Source: Callorhinchus milii
Taxonomy: Eukaryota
Assembly (NCBI RefSeq): GCF_018977255.1
Contig: NW_024704763.1
Span: 7,626,001-7,690,000 of the forward strand
Length of the DNA stretch: 64,000 bases
Reading direction: 5' to 3'
The notes beneath the pieces are model-generated. The model was not told the origin of the DNA. It saw nothing but the letters and a program-made list of their open reading frames with translations, and ran no database searches. The translations under genes were made by a program, and so were the position numbers. Shown here piece after piece: positions 62,115 to 64,000 of the stretch. How positions within the stretch are numbered: position 1 is the first letter of the stretch; each line of letters begins with the position of its first letter.

Positions 62115-64000
62115 GTATGCCTGACCCTTCGTATCTTCTTTAATTCGTTAACCTACGACCTGCTTACTCTCCAACCCACAACCCGCTGCCTCCGCACGAC
62201 TGGCAAGTTGTTGTTGTAATTGTTCCATGGTGATGGGAGTTCCTTCTCCCCCCAAAACCATCCCAAATTCCATATCGAAAATATGTTCACACATAACTCT
62301 CAGGTCGTGTTAGCCTGGCTTAGTCAGTAGTACTCTCACCTCCGAGTCAGAAGGTTGCGGGTTCAAGCTCCACTTGGTGTCTTTGAAGTCAACATCTAGG
62401 CTGACACTCCAAAATCAAAACTTAACATCATCCCCAAAAAAGTTTGGTCCATCAATCTACGACCGTTTGTGGGACAGTGCTGTGCACAATTGGCTGCCGT
62501 GTTTCACCCACAAAATACAGTTTACAATACATTCTGAGAAGCGCTTCAAGGCATCTCAACAATGTGATAAGGTGCTATATCAAATACAAGGATTATTATT
62601 ATTATTATTCAGATGAATGTGGCAAAGAAAAGTGGCAGCTTGACAGGTGAAACTAACGGAAATCCTCACTATCGTCTGTGTTGTTGAAGAGGGGAATAAT
62701 GGCCCTTACGAGGCCCTTGGGCCTCATTATCCAGTCTCACTTCAGTCAGGCTGATAATGGGTACCTCAGGGCTGGGAGGCCACAAACTGCCTGGAATAAT
62801 TACAACACCACTTCATTTGTTAGAAAGGTATGACACACAAACTAGGAAAGCTTGTCAGTTATTCTAACTCATGATGGCTTGAGCTCTCGAATGGATTATG
62901 CAGAGCTTCTGCTAGGAACTGTTCCTCCCTGACAGAGGAAAAGGGTGGTGGGGGAGGGAGGAAAGAAAAACAAAGGAAAAGTTTAACAAGAAGAATTCCT
63001 GACCGAGTTTCTGACATTGAACTCTCCATGGGATAAAGAATTGACGGGCCTGGTGATCAGAAATGATAGCTTTACATCTGCCACACACCTCATACTCAGT
63101 CTCTCGCTTCTGACTGGAGGATTGATATGAAGAGGCACTCGAGATACTATTGGGCGACACTTGGTATTAGAAAACAGTGAATCAATCACTGGCCTTGGCA
63201 AGTTCGGAATATTCGTCAATTCTGGTATAAGATGAAATAACTCACTTGTCCCCATAGTGCTTGTGAGCAATGAGGTTTTCTTTCCCTTTCACAAGATTGG
63301 TTCGGATTAATAAAGTCCTTAGGCCTATCCCTATCTCATCCCTCCAGAATACGCCCCTCTCCTGCCGTTCCCTCATCACAGCATCAAACTGCTTGTTAAA
63401 ATGAGTCCCAGTGTCTTGGCCTCAACCATCCTTCCTGTAGACCTGTTGTGCTGGGGGAGTAATGGGTTGTCGGACGTGCCATCCTTATGTTGAGATATTA
63501 AACCAAAGCCCCATCTGCCTGTTCAAGTGAACATTAAAAATGTTAACTACCCTCTGAGTGAAGAAAAACTTCCTGGTGTCTGTCCAGAAATTGGCCGTTA
63601 CAACTCTAAACCTGTGCTCTCTGGTTCTACTGTCTCAGGGCAGACTAAAGTATTGTTCTGAGTTTACGTCTTCAACCCCATTTAAAATATTTTTACATTT
63701 CTGTGAGGTCCACTCTGAGTCGTTGTCTCTCAAGACGGAATAGAACTTTCTGCCCCCACCCTCTGGAGTTCCATCCCACAGTCCCTCAGCCTCACCCCCC
63801 TCCCTTGCCTCATTCAAGGCCCGTCTCAAGACATCCTCTTCGACTGGGTCTTTGGTCACCCTACCCTCCCCGCCCTCCACCCTCCTGATCCCAACCACCA
63901 GCTCGGGTGTGGATCCCTAACTGTCCAGCATCTTGGGACATCCTCCTGATGTGAAAGGCACTACACAAATGCAATTTGTTGTTGTTGTTGCCATTCTCTA

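Noticed and set aside
62613-62650. DECGKEKWQLDR* as the CD276 terminal exon
   Set aside because: The phase fits and it loosely resembles human DDGQEIA, but the acceptor is only a SINE (ATT)n tail. Unsupported without transcripts.
63296-63320. Strong pyrimidine acceptor followed by AATAAA as the terminal exon
   Set aside because: The translation (DWFGLIK...) does not resemble B7-H3 and runs into a CR1 remnant.
134-63898. Most ORFs in the six-frame track (recurrent MGKFPYS..., ...KCKDYYYYY, His/Thr- or Cys/Val-rich, Gly/Glu-rich)
   Set aside because: They are translations of SINE copies, L2/CR1 remnants or microsatellites, and have no splice or homology support.
1-64000. CRISPR array, rRNA, intact transposase or reverse transcriptase ORF
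   Set aside because: No regularly spaced direct repeats, no rRNA-like sequence, and no long intact TE ORF.

Overview
Vertebrate genomic DNA, most likely a cartilaginous fish (chimaera/shark-like). This is inferred from abundant SacSINE1-like DeuSINEs, shark-type CR1 3' ends and L2 LINE tails. The window holds one recognisable protein-coding gene, CD276 (B7-H3), on the + strand in 2-Ig form. Its exons are IgV (14817-15167), IgC (16584-16880), transmembrane (47354-47488) and two short cytoplasmic exons (56686-56718, 62079-62114), all with phase-1 GT-AG junctions. I could not identify the signal-peptide exon or the terminal exon. The introns, including one of 30.5 kb, are packed with two tRNA-derived SINE families sharing a 3' tail, L2 and CR1 fragments, an old LF-SINE-like family, a foldback element and microsatellites. 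Nearly all other ORFs in the track are repeat artefacts. There is no CRISPR array, rRNA or intact tRNA. No new system is demonstrated. The best lead is a possible secreted B7-H3 isoform: the IgC frame stays open 90 codons into the intron, crosses an antisense L2 tail and ends at a stop overlapping AATAAA. Its first residues (GQSSPT) resemble the mammalian 4Ig linker PQRSPT. The next best lead is a candidate 33-nt cassette exon that would add a YxxL motif to the cytoplasmic tail. Repeat boundaries are approximate (about +/-10-20 nt). Repeat family names rest on recalled consensus sequences, not database searches.
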